A stretch of DNA of 63,999 bases, filler included, from Malassezia furfur (GCA_052055015.1; 10 parts of 10 records of this genome joined end to end with filler, not necessarily neighbours in it), one strand, 5' to 3'. Positions 11,654 through 25,715 are shown, counted from the first letter of the whole stretch. A program made the numbers and translations. The notes: generated by a model from the sequence alone, not told the origin.

Positions 11654-13046
11654 CTACCCAAGGCCCGGGGCCCCTGCCTCCCTCCACGTCCGCCGCCGTG
11701 GCGAGCCGGCCTCCTTCGAATCCCATTCGAGATGTAATTTCCGCAGCTCGTCTTCCGTAGCCGCGATCATTTCCAGCGTGCCGTCGGCGCCCTGCGTGGG
11801 GAGCAGCATCGACTCGTCCCCCGCGAGGCCCAGGACGTGGTCCGTCGACGCGTCCGGCGCACCGAGCGATGCGGCGTGGCTTGTGCACGAGGCGTCGGCG
11901 TCCGCTTCGCCCTCGCCGTCCGCGCCGGCGTGCAGCAGCGGCACGTGGTACCGCCGCGAGGTCTGCCGCGTGCCGTCGCGCGCATAGTCGAGCACGCCGC
12001 CAAACGAGCGGCTCGCCGAGTGCGGCGAGGCCGGCGTGCGGTGTGGCGGTGTGCGGTGCGGCGGCGACGCAAGGCTCGCGTTGCTCGCGCGGCGCGACGC
12101 GCTCCCCTCCTTACCTGTCTCCCCGAGCCGCTCCTGCAGGTCGCGCACCGTCGAGCGCAGCGCGTCGAGCTGCGTCTCGGCGTGCAGCAGGCGGTGGTTG
12201 GCGTGCACGAGCTGCTGGTCGCGCTCGTGCAGCAGCTCCTCGGAGGAGGCGAGCGACGCCTTGAGCACGTTGAGCTGCCCCTCGAGCGAGTCGACCGTCT
12301 TTTCGTACTCGACAATCACCGGCTCCGCAGACGCGAGGAAGTCGCCGGCCGGCACGTTCGCGCCGCGCTGCGCGAGCTGGCGGTCCATGTGGATGAGCTC
12401 GGCGGTGAGCTGCACATTCTTGCGGCTGAGTGCCGAGTACTTTTCCTGCCACGCCAGCAGTTCCTGCTCGGCGTCCGACGAGAACAGGCTCGGCGCCTTT
12501 TGCTCGGGCGACGCGAGAATCAGCTCGTTCGAGCTGCGCACCAGGTCGAGCTCCTTGCGCAGGCGCAGTACCTGGCCCTGCAAATACTCCACGTTGCCCC
12601 ACCCCGGCTCCGTCTGGTTGCGCTCCGCCGTGTTGCGGATGTGCCGCGCGCGCTGTGCATAGTGCAGCGTGTTGAGCGTCTCGTTGACGTTCATCTCCAG
12701 CGAAGACACACACGCGAGCATCAGCGTGTGCGCATTGCCGCCAAGGCTGTCCTGCAACAGCCGCGTCAGTTTGCTGTCGCGGTACGGAATGTGCATGGCG
12801 CGCCGGGCTTTGGCGGGGTCGCTCAGCGTGCTGATCACGTTCCCGAGAGCATGCAGCCCCGAGTTGATTGAGATGCCCTCGCGCACGCGGTCGCCGCTCG
12901 CCGCCGTGCGCTTCAGCCGCTCGGAGCCAGCAAGGTCGACAAAGTGCAGCTTGCTCGTGGTGATCACCTCTTCGTCGGCGCTCGGGCGGCGAGGCGGCGC
13001 GGCGCGCGGCGTGGGGGCGCCACGCGTGGGCGTCGCGAGCTGCGTC
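11654..13046 (-). CDS. Kinesin (kinesin-4/KIF21-like): end of motor domain plus coiled coil, 5'-truncated
   Basis: [62 protein letters not shown] segment as in fungal kinesin-4. Confidence 0.88.
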
Positions 13047-13262
13047 NNNNNNNNNNNNNNNNNNNNNNNNNNNNNNNNNNNNNNNNNNNNTTAATTAATT
13101 AANNNNNNNNNNNNNNNNNNNNNNNNNNNNNNNNNNNNNNNNNNNNTCCGAGGCACGCACCGCGCCACCAGACCCCCCGCGGAAGCGGCCCGCACCCGCG
13201 CCGCGCCGAAAAGCCCCTGCGGACACACCCCGCCTCGATAGCTACTTAGCGCGCTATGCATC

Positions 13263-14678
13263 CTAGTAGTACGCCCCCGCCCCCGCGTACGGCCGCGACG
13301 ACCCGCCGCGGTCGCCCAGGCCCACACACTGCGACGTGTCCAGCACGTCGGTGCCCGCGGGCCCGAACCGCGGTGCGGGCGGCTCAAACGGCTTCGCGAC
13401 GAGCGCCGCGCGCCCCTCGGACGCGTACTGCAGCTCGGCGAGCGGCGGCACCCGCTGGAAACTCACCGAGTCGTTCAGCCGGCGGTACACGTCGAGCCAG
13501 CGCGCGACGCTCGCGGCCTCGACGCTCATCCACCACAGACCGAGGTCCCCGTGGAACTTGGCCGCGCGCCGCTGCTCCCACAGTGGCCCCCGCGGTTTGC
13601 TCTCGCCGCTCGCGGTGCCCTTGGGCAGGATCGCGTGCAGCTGCTCGCTCGCCGCCTGCAGATGCGCCAGACCCACGCCCGTCTGCTTGCCCTGCTCGCC
13701 CGCGTCGATGCCGAGCCACTTGTGCGAGAGCGCGCGGTGCCACTTTGCCTCGTGCGTCGCGTAGCGAAGCACACTCGCGCCCACCTTGGGCTCGCGCGTC
13801 TGCGCCGGGCGCATGTGCTGCAGCGTCGACTTGAGCTTGTGCACGGGCTGCCGGCTCGTCGACGCCTCGGCGTCCGGCACGCCCGCCGGCAGCGGCGCAC
13901 GCGTCTCGTGCGTGCGCACGAGCGAGGCGGCCTGCCCGTACAGCAGCGCGGTGTGCAGGTGCAGCTTGGCGAGCAGCGCCGGCGACGGATGCCCTGTCGG
14001 CAGCGGCGGCCCGGGCGTCAGCGTGTCGGTCGCCAGCGCCAGCGCCGGCGACTGCAGCTTGCGCACCGCAAGGTGGTGTGCGTCGGCCATCGAGAGCCGC
14101 CCGAGCGCCGTCGCGACGTCGCGCGTGAGCTCGGGCGGGCGCGGCACGTCGCTCTCCCACTTGGGCAGCAGCTCGACCGCGACGTAGTCAAACACGCCCG
14201 CCGCGCGGCACAGCAGGTCCGCGGCGATCTTGAGCCGCTCGTCGTTCTGCCGCCGCGTCGCGGTGTCGAGCGACGTATCCAGCTCGTACAGGCCGAGCGC
14301 CTCGACGACGACCGCGGCTTCGTTCGCGAGCGCCATGCCCAGCAGCATGTGCATCGCACACAGCTCGGCGGTGATGCCGCGCAGCGTGTACTTGGCGTTG
14401 CGCCCGAGCGCCGAGCGCCACGGAAACACGAGCTCGTGCCGCTCCACGACCGTATCCATCAGCAAGCTATTGTACACCCCCGCAAGCACCGGCAGGTACT
14501 CGGTCACCGCCTGGATCACACGGACATTTTCGATGTGCACGCTTTGCGGCGACCGCACGGTCTGCTCGACCGTCGCGCGCAGCTGCGTCGCGAGCGTCAG
14601 CTCTGCATGAAACGTGCTCGTCTGTAGGTGGTCCGTGAACGAGACCGCGTAAGGCAGGGGCAGGGTATAGGTGTACAT
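13263..14678 (-). CDS. pH-response regulator PalC-like (BRO1-domain) protein
   Basis: MYTYTLPLP start, EYLPVL...FPWRSAL, AADLLCRAAGVF, PPEL, TLTPGPPLP, YRRLNDSVSFQRVP, C-terminal YAGAGAYY. Confidence 0.8.
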   Translation of the reverse strand: MYTYTLPLPYAVSFTDHLQTSTFHAELTLATQLRATVEQTVRSPQSVHIENVRVIQAVTEYLPVLAGVYNSLLMDTVVERHELVFPWRSALGRNAKYTLRGITAELCAMHMLLGMALANEAAVVVEALGLYELDTSLDTATRRQNDERLKIAADLLCRAAGVFDYVAVELLPKWESDVPRPPELTRDVATALGRLSMADAHHLAVRKLQSPALALATDTLTPGPPLPTGHPSPALLAKLHLHTALLYGQAASLVRTHETRAPLPAGVPDAEASTSRQPVHKLKSTLQHMRPAQTREPKVGASVLRYATHEAKWHRALSHKWLGIDAGEQGKQTGVGLAHLQAASEQLHAILPKGTASGESKPRGPLWEQRRAAKFHGDLGLWWMSVEAASVARWLDVYRRLNDSVSFQRVPPLAELQYASEGRAALVAKPFEPPAPRFGPAGTDVLDTSQCVGLGDRGGSSRPYAGAGAYY

Positions 14679-15121
14679 GGCACGTGGAGCCAACGAGCAC
14701 CGATCGCGCGGATCGCCGACTTGGCGGTCGGTAGCCCCCCGAGCCCAACGTAGCGCCCCAGCCATGCACGCCGTCGATCCAGCGATGCATCGCACACCTG
14801 CCACCCTAGGCTACGTAGAGATACACATGGGGTGCACAACAACTGACAATACGATGCATTTCGCCCATGGCAAGCCGGCAGGAAACCGTTGGCTAGCCAG
14901 TAGACAAATATCCTCATTCACAAGCACCGCACGCTTGCATCGCCATCTTCGGCATACTGCAGCACTCCAGACACACCGCTGAGCCAAGCGACCCATGCCG
15001 AAGCGTGCCGGATCGTGGCTTGTCTGACAACACTCCCACCCTTCTCTGGGCCCCCCTTTTTTTTCCTTTTCCCGACGAGATCTCGAGATCCGCTAGGCAA
15101 TCGATTTGCTCGCTAAAGCAT

Positions 15122-15501
15122 CTAGTGGTGCGCGTTCTTGTGGTACTCTGCACGGCGTTAGTTTTCGCATACGTACTCAGGTGACCGTTGTACTCGAGCG
15201 TGTAGCCGCCGATCATCAGCGCAGCAATAACGCCGATGATGGGCTTGCCGCTGGCGTTCTTGCCGTCAAAGTATTTGCCCTTGATGCCCGAAGCGCGCTT
15301 CTCGGGCTCGTTGCCCTTGGGGAGCGCCTTGTAGAAGCTCACCACGGCGTCGGTGTTCGAGCCCGAGCCGCTGCTGCCGACGCTCTTGGGGGTCGCGATC
15401 TTGGGGGGGATCGGCAGGCCCGAGGCGTTGCGCACCTGCTGGCCGCCCACACGCAGCGAGCGGGCAGCCGGGGTCATCTTGGAAAATGCACGGGCAATCA
15501 T
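15122..15501 (-). CDS. ATP17: Mitochondrial ATP synthase subunit f, 2 exons
   Basis: IPPKIA, VVSFYKALPKG, KYFDGKNASGKP; a 29-nt intron (15148-15176) gives the HLKYHKNAHH* end. Confidence 0.93.
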
Positions 15502-15681
15502 GATGTCGGCGGTCGGAGGGAGGGACAGCGGCGCGCGCGGCGGCCGAACGGGTCCGACCGGAGGTCACGTGATATCTACGGGCGGCGGGCGCGGCGCACC
15601 GCGTCGCGAAGACTGGGGGCCTAGGGGGCAGCTAGAGCATCAGGTTGCATTTTGGCGTAGCATGGCTACAGGATCGCGCAT

Positions 15682-16440
15682 TTAACCACGCAGCTTCTTG
15701 CCGGCGCGCGACAGGTGCGTCGCGTGCTCAACGTATGGCGTGGCAGGGACCGGAACCTCGGCCCAGAGGTTGGGGGTAAGCACGGCGTACGTCTTGGACA
15801 CCGCAGCAAAGGTGGCCTTGAGGAAGTTGCCCATCGTGGCGGTCTGGCCCTTCGACTGGGTGTACACGTCCTCGATACCCGCGAGCTGGAGCAGGCGCTT
15901 GGGCGCGGGCGAGGCGACAATGCCGGTACCGCGGGGGGCGGGCACGAGACGGCACATGACCGAGGCGGTCTTGCCCGAGACCTTGGCGGGCACGGTGTGG
16001 GGCTTGCCGAGCGCGCTGCCCCAGTAGCCACGGCGGACGGGGATCACCGAGAGCTTGGCCATGACAATGGCGCCACGGATGGCCGTGGCGACCTCCTTGG
16101 CGCACTTGACACCGAGACCGAGGTGACCGTCCGAGTCACCAATGGCGACGAACGCCTTGAAGCGGGTGCGCTGACCGGCACGGGTCTGCTTCTGCACAGG
16201 CGTGATCTTCATCACCTCGTCAGTGAGCTTGGGGAGGAGCAGGTCGACGATCTGGTACTCCTTCACGGGGAGCGAGAAGAGGTAGATCTCCTCCATGCTC
16301 TTGATCTTGCCGTCCTTGACGAGACGGCCGAGCGAGGTGACGGGCACCCACTCCTCCTTCTCGTCCTTCCGAGGTCCACGGCGACCACGGCCACCGCGGC
16401 CGCGATCACGTCCAAATCCACCACGTCCACGCTCAACCAT
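15682..16440 (-). CDS. RPS2: 40S ribosomal protein uS5 (S2)
   Basis: RGG-rich N-terminus, [29 protein letters not shown]. Confidence 0.98.
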   Translation of the reverse strand: MVERGRGGFGRDRGRGGRGRRGPRKDEKEEWVPVTSLGRLVKDGKIKSMEEIYLFSLPVKEYQIVDLLLPKLTDEVMKITPVQKQTRAGQRTRFKAFVAIGDSDGHLGLGVKCAKEVATAIRGAIVMAKLSVIPVRRGYWGSALGKPHTVPAKVSGKTASVMCRLVPAPRGTGIVASPAPKRLLQLAGIEDVYTQSKGQTATMGNFLKATFAAVSKTYAVLTPNLWAEVPVPATPYVEHATHLSRAGKKLRG

Positions 16441-16528
16441 CTTGCTTCGTTAGTCGTTAGGAGAGAGCGTGCTTGCGCTGCAAACGGCGTCTTCTTTGGG
16501 CGAGCGCGTGGCATCCTATAGTTCCACA

Positions 16529-16537
16529 TCACGTGAC
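16529..16537. promoter_or_regulatory. TCACGTGAC E-box (Cbf1/bHLH-type) in the RPS2-RPS0 divergent promoter
   Basis: Palindromic core near the middle of a 191-bp intergenic region; the same motif sits in four other promoters in the window. Confidence 0.55.
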
Positions 16538-16631
16538 ATAAATTTAGTTTTGGCCGGCCGAGGGGTCCGAGGGCGACGGAAGGTGGCTTCTTCACACGCA
16601 TCTTTGGATCTCTTGTCGCTACCTAGACACG

Positions 16632-17543
16632 ATGTCGAAGCACCCGTCCGTTTTGAACCCCACGCCGGAGGACATGAGCCTCCTCCTGGCCGCCCAGACC
16701 CACATCGGTACCAAGAACCTGGAGAAGGCCATGATCCCCTACGTGTACAAGCGCCGCGCCGACGGTATCCACCTCATTAACCTCGGCAAGACCTGGGAGA
16801 AGCTCGTGCTCGCTGCGCGTGTGCTCGCTGCGGTCGAGAACCCCGCGGACATCGTGGTGATCTCGAGCCGCACCTACGGCCACCGTGCCGTGCTCAAGTT
16901 CGCCGCGAACACGGGCGCGACCGCCATTGCCGGCCGCTTCACCCCCGGTTCGTTCACCAACTACATCACCCGCTCCTTCAAGGAGCCGCGCGTGATCGTG
17001 GTGACCGACCCGCGTGTCGACCACCAGGCCATCCGCGAGTCGGCCTACGTCAACATCCCCGTGATTGCGCTCGCCGACACCGACGCCCCGCTGCGTCACG
17101 TCGACATTGCCATCCCGGGCAACAACAAGGGCCGTCACTCGATCGGTCTCCTCTGGTGGCTGCTCTGCCGTGAGTTCCTCCGCCTGCGCGGCATTGTGCC
17201 CCGCACCCCCAACGGCTGGAACGTCATGGTCGACATGTTCTTCTACCGCGACCCTGAGGAGATTGAGCGTGAGCAGGCCGAGGCGCAGCTCGCCAAGCAG
17301 GCTGCCATTGCCGCCAACGCCGAGCCGGGCATGGAGAACGTGACCGACTTCAACATTGAGGGCGCGGGCGCCGGCGGCGTCAACCCCTCGATCGCGGCCA
17401 ACCTGCCCGCGGGCGGCGACCAGGTCGACTGGAGCGCCGACGCCGCGCAGGACTGGGCGGCGGACACTGGCGCGGGCTGGGAGACGACTGCTCCTGCCCC
17501 TGCGGCCTCTGGCGCGGCCCCGGCCACCTCGAGCTGGGACTAA
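16632..17543 (+). CDS. RPS0: 40S ribosomal protein uS2 (S0/SA)
   Basis: [41 protein letters not shown]. Confidence 0.98.
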   Translation: MSKHPSVLNPTPEDMSLLLAAQTHIGTKNLEKAMIPYVYKRRADGIHLINLGKTWEKLVLAARVLAAVENPADIVVISSRTYGHRAVLKFAANTGATAIAGRFTPGSFTNYITRSFKEPRVIVVTDPRVDHQAIRESAYVNIPVIALADTDAPLRHVDIAIPGNNKGRHSIGLLWWLLCREFLRLRGIVPRTPNGWNVMVDMFFYRDPEEIEREQAEAQLAKQAAIAANAEPGMENVTDFNIEGAGAGGVNPSIAANLPAGGDQVDWSADAAQDWAADTGAGWETTAPAPAASGAAPATSSWD

Positions 17544-17826
17544 ATGCATCTTTGGGTAAAAAGGTGCCGACAGTTTCTGTCCAAAAGCAATTGCGTTGTC
17601 TGGCCTCTGGCGTTCGGCTCCGTCTGGAGAATCCCCCACTGGCGGGGGATGCGTCAGAGCCCCATATTCCGAGCATGACCGGCCATTTGGCTCTGCGTAG
17701 TTCATAGTGGCCTGAATGTATGCCAGTGCAACCCGAAAAAAAAAAGCAAGCGAGCCGAGCGCCCCCAGGAAGACTGCCTCGAAGGAGGCGTGGCCGAGGC
17801 GGCACACCTCCACCCGCCAAGGCACC

Positions 17827-19275
17827 ATGCCTAGCGACGCGCCCGACGCGCCGGACGCGCGCGGCGACGCACGGCGCACGCTCGCGCCGCCGCAGGGCAG
17901 GCTGCGCGACAAGGACCTTGAGGCGTTCTGGGCCTCGCAGCGCGAGAGCGAGGCAGAGCGCGTCGCGCGGCTGCAGCAGCTCCAGCATGGGCCCGTGCCC
18001 AAGACGCGCTTCGAGCGGCAGCAGGAGGCCGAGGCGCAGCGGAAGGCGCGCGACGACGCCGAGATGCAGGCGACCTACGACGCGCTCCTGCGCGATCTTG
18101 ATACAGATGCGGCACGCGGGCGCAGCGTGCTCGGCACGCAGTTCGTTGCCAAGGGCGGTACGTGTGCTTCTTGACGCAGGGCACGCATACGTTCCGCCGA
18201 AGCCAGCGGCCGCGCCAGTGCGCACTAAGCCGGCGCCCACACAGGATACCCACGATACCCCCCCGGCCGCACGCGCCGCGTCGCGCCCCGGCGGTCTCGC
18301 CGAGCTCCTCTCCGAGATCCAGCAGCAGGCCGCCGATGCCCGGTCGGATGTCGGCCCGCGCGGCGCTGCGCCGGCCGACCCCACCTCGACGAACCTGTGC
18401 GTACGGGGCCTGGCGCGCAGCGTCACCGAGGACGCGCTGGGCGACTATTTTGCGCAGTGGGGCGACATTGCCGCGGTCAAGGTACGTGCGCACAGCTGAC
18501 GCAGCTCCTCCCGCACCGCGACGTGGGCTTTGTCGCGTTCCAGTGCCGCGCTGATGCCGAGGCGGCGCTCGCGGCCGCAGACGGCATGCCGTGGGGCGCA
18601 TCGGCGCTCGCCGTGTCGTGGGCGCGGCCGGTGCCCCTGCCTGCCCACCCCCGCATCGTGCGCCGCCGAGCGCCGGCGCGCCGGGGCTCGGATGCGGCGC
18701 CTGTGCGCCCTCGTAGTGCGCGCCCCGTGTACGCCGATGCGCCGACGGCCGACGACGGCGACGCGTCGCCGTACTCGACCGACTCCGAGGAGGTCGAAGA
18801 GGCCGAGGCCGGCCGCGCGTCGAAGGAAGCGGCGCTGCGTCCGCTCGCCGACCGGCGGCTGCGTGCACTGCTGCGTACGCTCACGCCGCGGCGCGAGTGC
18901 ATCGCGCGGTGCATGGTGCTGGCGCTCGACCATGCGTACGCGGCCGATGCGGTGGCCGCGCGTATCGCCGCGTCGCTGGTGCTGCCGCGCACGCCGATCC
19001 CCCGGAAACTCGCGCGGCTGTATGTGGTGTCCGACATTCTGTACAATAGTGCGGCGCGTGTGCCGCATGCGTGGCGCTACCGCGACGCGTTCCACACGCA
19101 CCTCGCGCGCATCTTTGCGCACCTCGGCGACGTGGTGCGTGCGTATTCGTCGCGCGTCAAGGCGGACGCCGTGCTGCGCCCCGTGCTCGGCGTGCTCGAC
19201 GCATGGGACGCGTGGCTCGTGTACCCCCCCGCGGAGCTGGCGGCGCTGCGTGGCCTGCTACCGAGCGTGCTATGA
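17827..19275 (+). CDS. U2 snRNP-associated U2SURP/SR140-like protein (RRM + CID), 3 exons
   Basis: DPTSTNLCVRGL...WGDIAAVK...GFVAF RRM; RECIARCMVLALDHA, KLARLYVVSDILYNS, AWRYRDAF CID; introns 18158-18179 and 18482-18504. Confidence 0.85.
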
Positions 19276-19615
19276 AAACAGGGAGAAGAGGTCGATCAGC
19301 TCCGGGAGCAGGCCGAGCGTGAGCACAAACGCAAGGCCCATCGAGAAGGGCAGCCCGCGGTAGAGACTCTCGTAGCCTTCCTCGGCGACCATCTTGCGGA
19401 AGCAGTCGGTGAAGCTCGTGTAGGGCTCGACGGGCGACGCGCCGTAGTACGAGTCGATCTCGTCGAGCGTCTCTTCGCACGGACGCAGCGCAATCACCGG
19501 CTCGCTCGTCGGCGACTTGGTGCGTGGCGGCGGCACCCGCTCGCGCGGCGTGCCGTCGGGCAGCATCGGCCGCGCGTCCTCCTCGTCGGAGGCGGCGAGC
19601 TCGGCGTCGGCCTCC
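19270..19615 (-). CDS. Mitochondrial-carrier-fold protein C-terminus (Ugo1/SLC25A46-like), 5'-truncated
   Basis: PYTSFTDCFRKMVAEEGYESLYRGL carrier-repeat signature; its stop overlaps the convergent gene's end by 6 nt. Confidence 0.6.
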
Positions 19616-19715
19616 NNNNNNNNNNNNNNNNNNNNNNNNNNNNNNNNNNNNNNNNNNNNTTAATTAATTAANNNNNNNNNNNNNNNNNNNNNNNNNNNNN
19701 NNNNNNNNNNNNNNN

Positions 19716-19922
19716 CACCGGCATGAGGAGCGGCGGCACCGGCACGACGACCACCGGCGCCGGCACCGCGATGAGCGTGCGCGGTCGCCGCGCGCGCGCG
19801 ACGACGAGGGGCAGACACGCCGTGATCGGGACTATGAGTCACACTACGATCGCGCGCGGCATGCGTCGCCGCGGCGGGAGGCCGTACGCCCGCGCCCACA
19901 CTCGCGGTCGCCTCCTGCATAG
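19716..19922 (+). CDS. 3' end of an R/D/H- and RSP-rich protein (splicing-factor-like tail)
   Basis: Hand translation RHEERRHRHDDHRRRHRDERARSPRARDDE...HSRSPPA* ending at TAG 19920-19922. Confidence 0.55.
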   Translation, partial: HRHEERRHRHDDHRRRHRDERARSPRARDDEGQTRRDRDYESHYDRARHASPRREAVRPRPHSRSPPA

Positions 19923-20557
19923 GGCCGTAGATGAGATACCCGTTGCGTTCGAAGGATGCGGCGGCCTGTGCTGTTCGGCACGCCGCGACACCGCACGCGT
20001 GTCGCGGCCTACTCGTTTCGGCGCCGCTTCCGCGGACCCCACGCTTGTGCGTCGCGTGGGCCGCTGGCTGCGTGCGTGGCCTGGGCGGCGATTCGTGGAT
20101 TGAACGCGTGGCCTGTCCCCCTTCCCCCTCCCCCCGTCCCGGCAGGCGCGCGACGCAACAAGCAACACCCAGGGGGGGCCAAGCTGCACGCAGCTGCACG
20201 GGTGGCTTCGGGTGCAGGGGACGGGCCAGTCTTATTCAGCGGCCCGGGCGTGCATCCGTGGCGCGGGGGTGTGCGTGATGGTGATTGGCCACGGTGTATC
20301 TTGTGTCGGTTTCTCATACGCAGCACTGGGCTGCGAAGCCGGCGCCCAGGTTCCGCCCTGCAGGGCCGTGGCCAAAGAGTGGCCGCGTCCGATGTGCGCT
20401 GTTCGCCCGAAGAGAACCAACGCGTCATCGGTGCGTTCGCGTCGTTGGTGGGCTTTTCTATTCGTTTCACAACCGCCGGTCTTGGTGTCTTGCCAACAGG
20501 GGGTTTGCACGCTTCTTTTGTGAACGTTCCTTGCTACACACCAACTGCGTGTGGAAA

Positions 20558-22760
<2,203 letters not shown>

Positions 22761-22978
22761 TGCATTCGCAGTGCTCTTGTAATGTAGACCACGTCGATCA
22801 CCCGCTCTCGCATGCTCCGTGCCGCGTCGGCCGCGCCTTATACCCTGGCGCCCGACCGCCGCACGCAACCGGTCATAGTCATCCCTTGTCTTTTCGGAAA
22901 TTCTCCACATTTGCCCAATTTCGACCAGCGGCCCCAGCGGCTCCGGCGCGGCTCTCCACGCGTCGGCGGCCCCTGTCG

Positions 22979-25715
22979 ATGCCGACGCACGCCGACGGCG
23001 CCGACGACGCCGCACACCTTGCGCTCGCTGCGCCGGACGGCGAGGACGCCGAGGCACGCTCGCGCGCCTTCCACTTTCCGTACCCCGTCGCGTACGATGT
23101 CCAGCTCGCGCTGATGACTGCGCTCTTTGACGCCATCGAGCACCGCCGCGTCGGCGTGTTTGAGAGCCCGACAGGCACCGTACGTCCCCCGACGCTCACA
23201 CCAGGGCAAGACCCTCAGTTTGCTATGCAGCGCCTTCACCTGGCTGCACCTCAACCAGCACCGCGCCGCCATCGGCACCGCACGGCCCCGCGACTCCGAC
23301 GAGCCCGACTGGGTCGTGGCCCATGACGAGGCGGCGCGCCGGGCGCGCCTCGCGGCCCACGACGCCGAACTCAACGACAAGCTGCGTGCGATCCGCACGC
23401 GCACGCGGCCCACGCCCGCCGCGCGCGCGCCCAAAAAACGCGTACGTCCTTGCCCTCACCCAGCGCGTCGACGACACCGACGGGCCCGACTCCGACTCCG
23501 AATTCCTCGTGGCCGACTTTGACGAGCACCGCCCGCGTGCAGCCCGCGGCGGGCGTGCGCCGCCGACCGACGATGCGCCGTTCGTCTCGGACGAGGTGCG
23601 CGCGATGATGCACGCGTTCGAGTCGAGTCTCGCGCCGCCCACGACCGACGAGCCCGTGCACACCACGCCGCAGATCTACTACGCGAGCCGCACACACAGC
23701 CAGCTTGCCCAGCTCATCCACGAGCTCAAGCGCACGCCGTTCGGGCGCGACGCGCAGGAGGTCGTGCGCACCATCAGCCTCGGCAGCCGCCGGCAGATGT
23801 GTGTCAACGCCCACGTCCAGCGCATCGGCGCTACGTTCGGCATGGAGGCCATGAACGAGCGGTGCCTCGAGCTGATGGAATCGCGCAGCCGTACGTCGCC
23901 TGCTCACGCAGAAAAGCGGTGCCCCTACCTGCCGCCGGCAGACGCGGCGGGCGACGCCAAGATGGACACGTTCCGCGACCATGCGCTCGTACGTCGCTGT
24001 GCTCACCCAGGCGCACGTCCATGACATCGAGGAGCTCGTGGCGCTCGGCAAAGAGATGCACGTGTGCCCGTACTTTGGCGCACGCCGCGCCGTGGCCGAT
24101 GCCCAGCTCATTGCGCTGCCGTACAACCTGCTCCTCCAGCAGGACGCCCGCGAGGCGCTTGCGCTGCACCTGGACGACAGCGTGATCATCATCGACGAGG
24201 CACACAACCTTATCGACACGCTCCTGGGCACCTACTCGGTCGAGGTCAGCGAGGCGCACCTCGCCCAGGCCGCGCAGCAGGTGACCGCCTACCTGGACCG
24301 CTTTGCGATGCAGCTCAAGGGCACCAACGAGGAGCACCTGCGCACGCTCCAAGTGTTCCTCACCGCCGCCCAGGCGTACTGCGTGCACGCCAAGGCGCCG
24401 GACGCGCTGTCGACCGCCGACTTTGTCGCGCGCCTCGGGGGCAGCGTCGACCAGATCAACGTGCGTGGGGCTTCGCACTCACCCAGTTCCTTCGGCTCGA
24501 ACTATGGCTCAAAGAAACGCGCATCGCGCGTAAGGTACGCCGCCTTCTCACCCCAGATCAGCGGGTACGCCGACCGGCTCTGGCTCCGCGCGCACCCCCA
24601 CGATCCGCCGTCGCGGCACACCCACGTCCACGCGATGCACCTCGTCGAGCGCCTCCTGCTTGCGCTCGGTGACCGTACGCGCAACGGGCGCATCCTCGTG
24701 GCCCGGCGGCCGGACGGGCGCGTGGGGATCAAGTACATCCTGCTCAACCCCGCGGACGCCTTCCAGCCGCTCCTCGACGCGGCACGCTCCGTGGTGCTGG
24801 CGGGCGGCACGATGGCGCCCATCGCCGAGTTTGAGCGCCAGCTGTTCGCACACGACCCCGCGCGCTTCACGTCGTATTCGTGCGGGCACATTGTGGCGCC
24901 CGCCAACGTGCTCGGCGCCGTCGTCGCGTCCGGGCCCAAGGGCGTGCCGCTCGAGTTTACGCACGCCGCGTGGGACAACGCGGCGCTGCTTGACGAGCTC
25001 GGCAATGCGCTGAGCAACTACTGCAACCTGGTGCCCCACGGGATGATCGTCTTCTTCCCCTCTTACACGAACCTCCACAAGACGCTCGCGCACTGGCGCT
25101 CCACGCGGCTGCTCGAGCGCCTCGCGAAGCGCAAGCGCGTGTTCCAGGAGCCGACGGACGCGCACGACGTCGAGGCCGTGCTGCAGGGCTATGCGGCGGC
25201 CATTGCCTCGCCCACGGTACGCCGCACACTGACGCAGCCCGACGCGCCCAAAGGCGCCATCTTATTTGCCGTCGTCAATGCCAAGCTCTCCGAGGGCATC
25301 AACTTCCAGGACGACCTTGCGCGCTGCGTCGTGATGGTCGGCCTGCCCTTCCCCAACGCGCACAGCCCCGAGCTGGCGGAGCGCATGGCGTACATGCGCC
25401 AGCTCGATCCGCACGCCAAGACGGACCTCGGGCGCGACCTGTACCTGAACCTGTGCATGCGCGCCGTCAACCAGTCCATGGGCCGCGCGATCCGGCACGA
25501 ACACGACTACGTACGTGTGCATGGCTCACGCAGGCCGCCTTCCTCCTCCTCGACCACCGCTACAGCCGCAAAGAGGTCGCCGCGCGCATGCCCCAATGTA
25601 CGTCGCCGCACTCACCCCAGGGATCGGCGCACAGACAAGCACCCACGAGCGGTTCGGCTCCACCGTCCGCGCGCTCGCCGCCTTCTTCCGCGAGAAAAAA
25701 CAGGGCGCGTCGTGA
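22979..25715 (+). CDS. CHL1: Fe-S DEAH DNA helicase Chl1/DDX11, 10 exons
   Basis: FPYPVAYDVQ, ESPTGTGKTLS, YYASRTHSQL, CPYF, IIDEAHNL, LAGGTM, FFPSY, KLSEGINF, AVNQSMGRAIRH after removing nine 21-26 nt introns (23180-23204, 23442-23463, 23891-23911, 23989-24010, 24461-24486, 24535-24556, 25217-25237, 25511-25533, 25598-25620). Confidence 0.94.

Noticed and set aside
19923..20557. glmS-ribozyme-like element upstream of GFA1
   Set aside because: No recognisable glmS core sequence; that ribozyme is bacterial.
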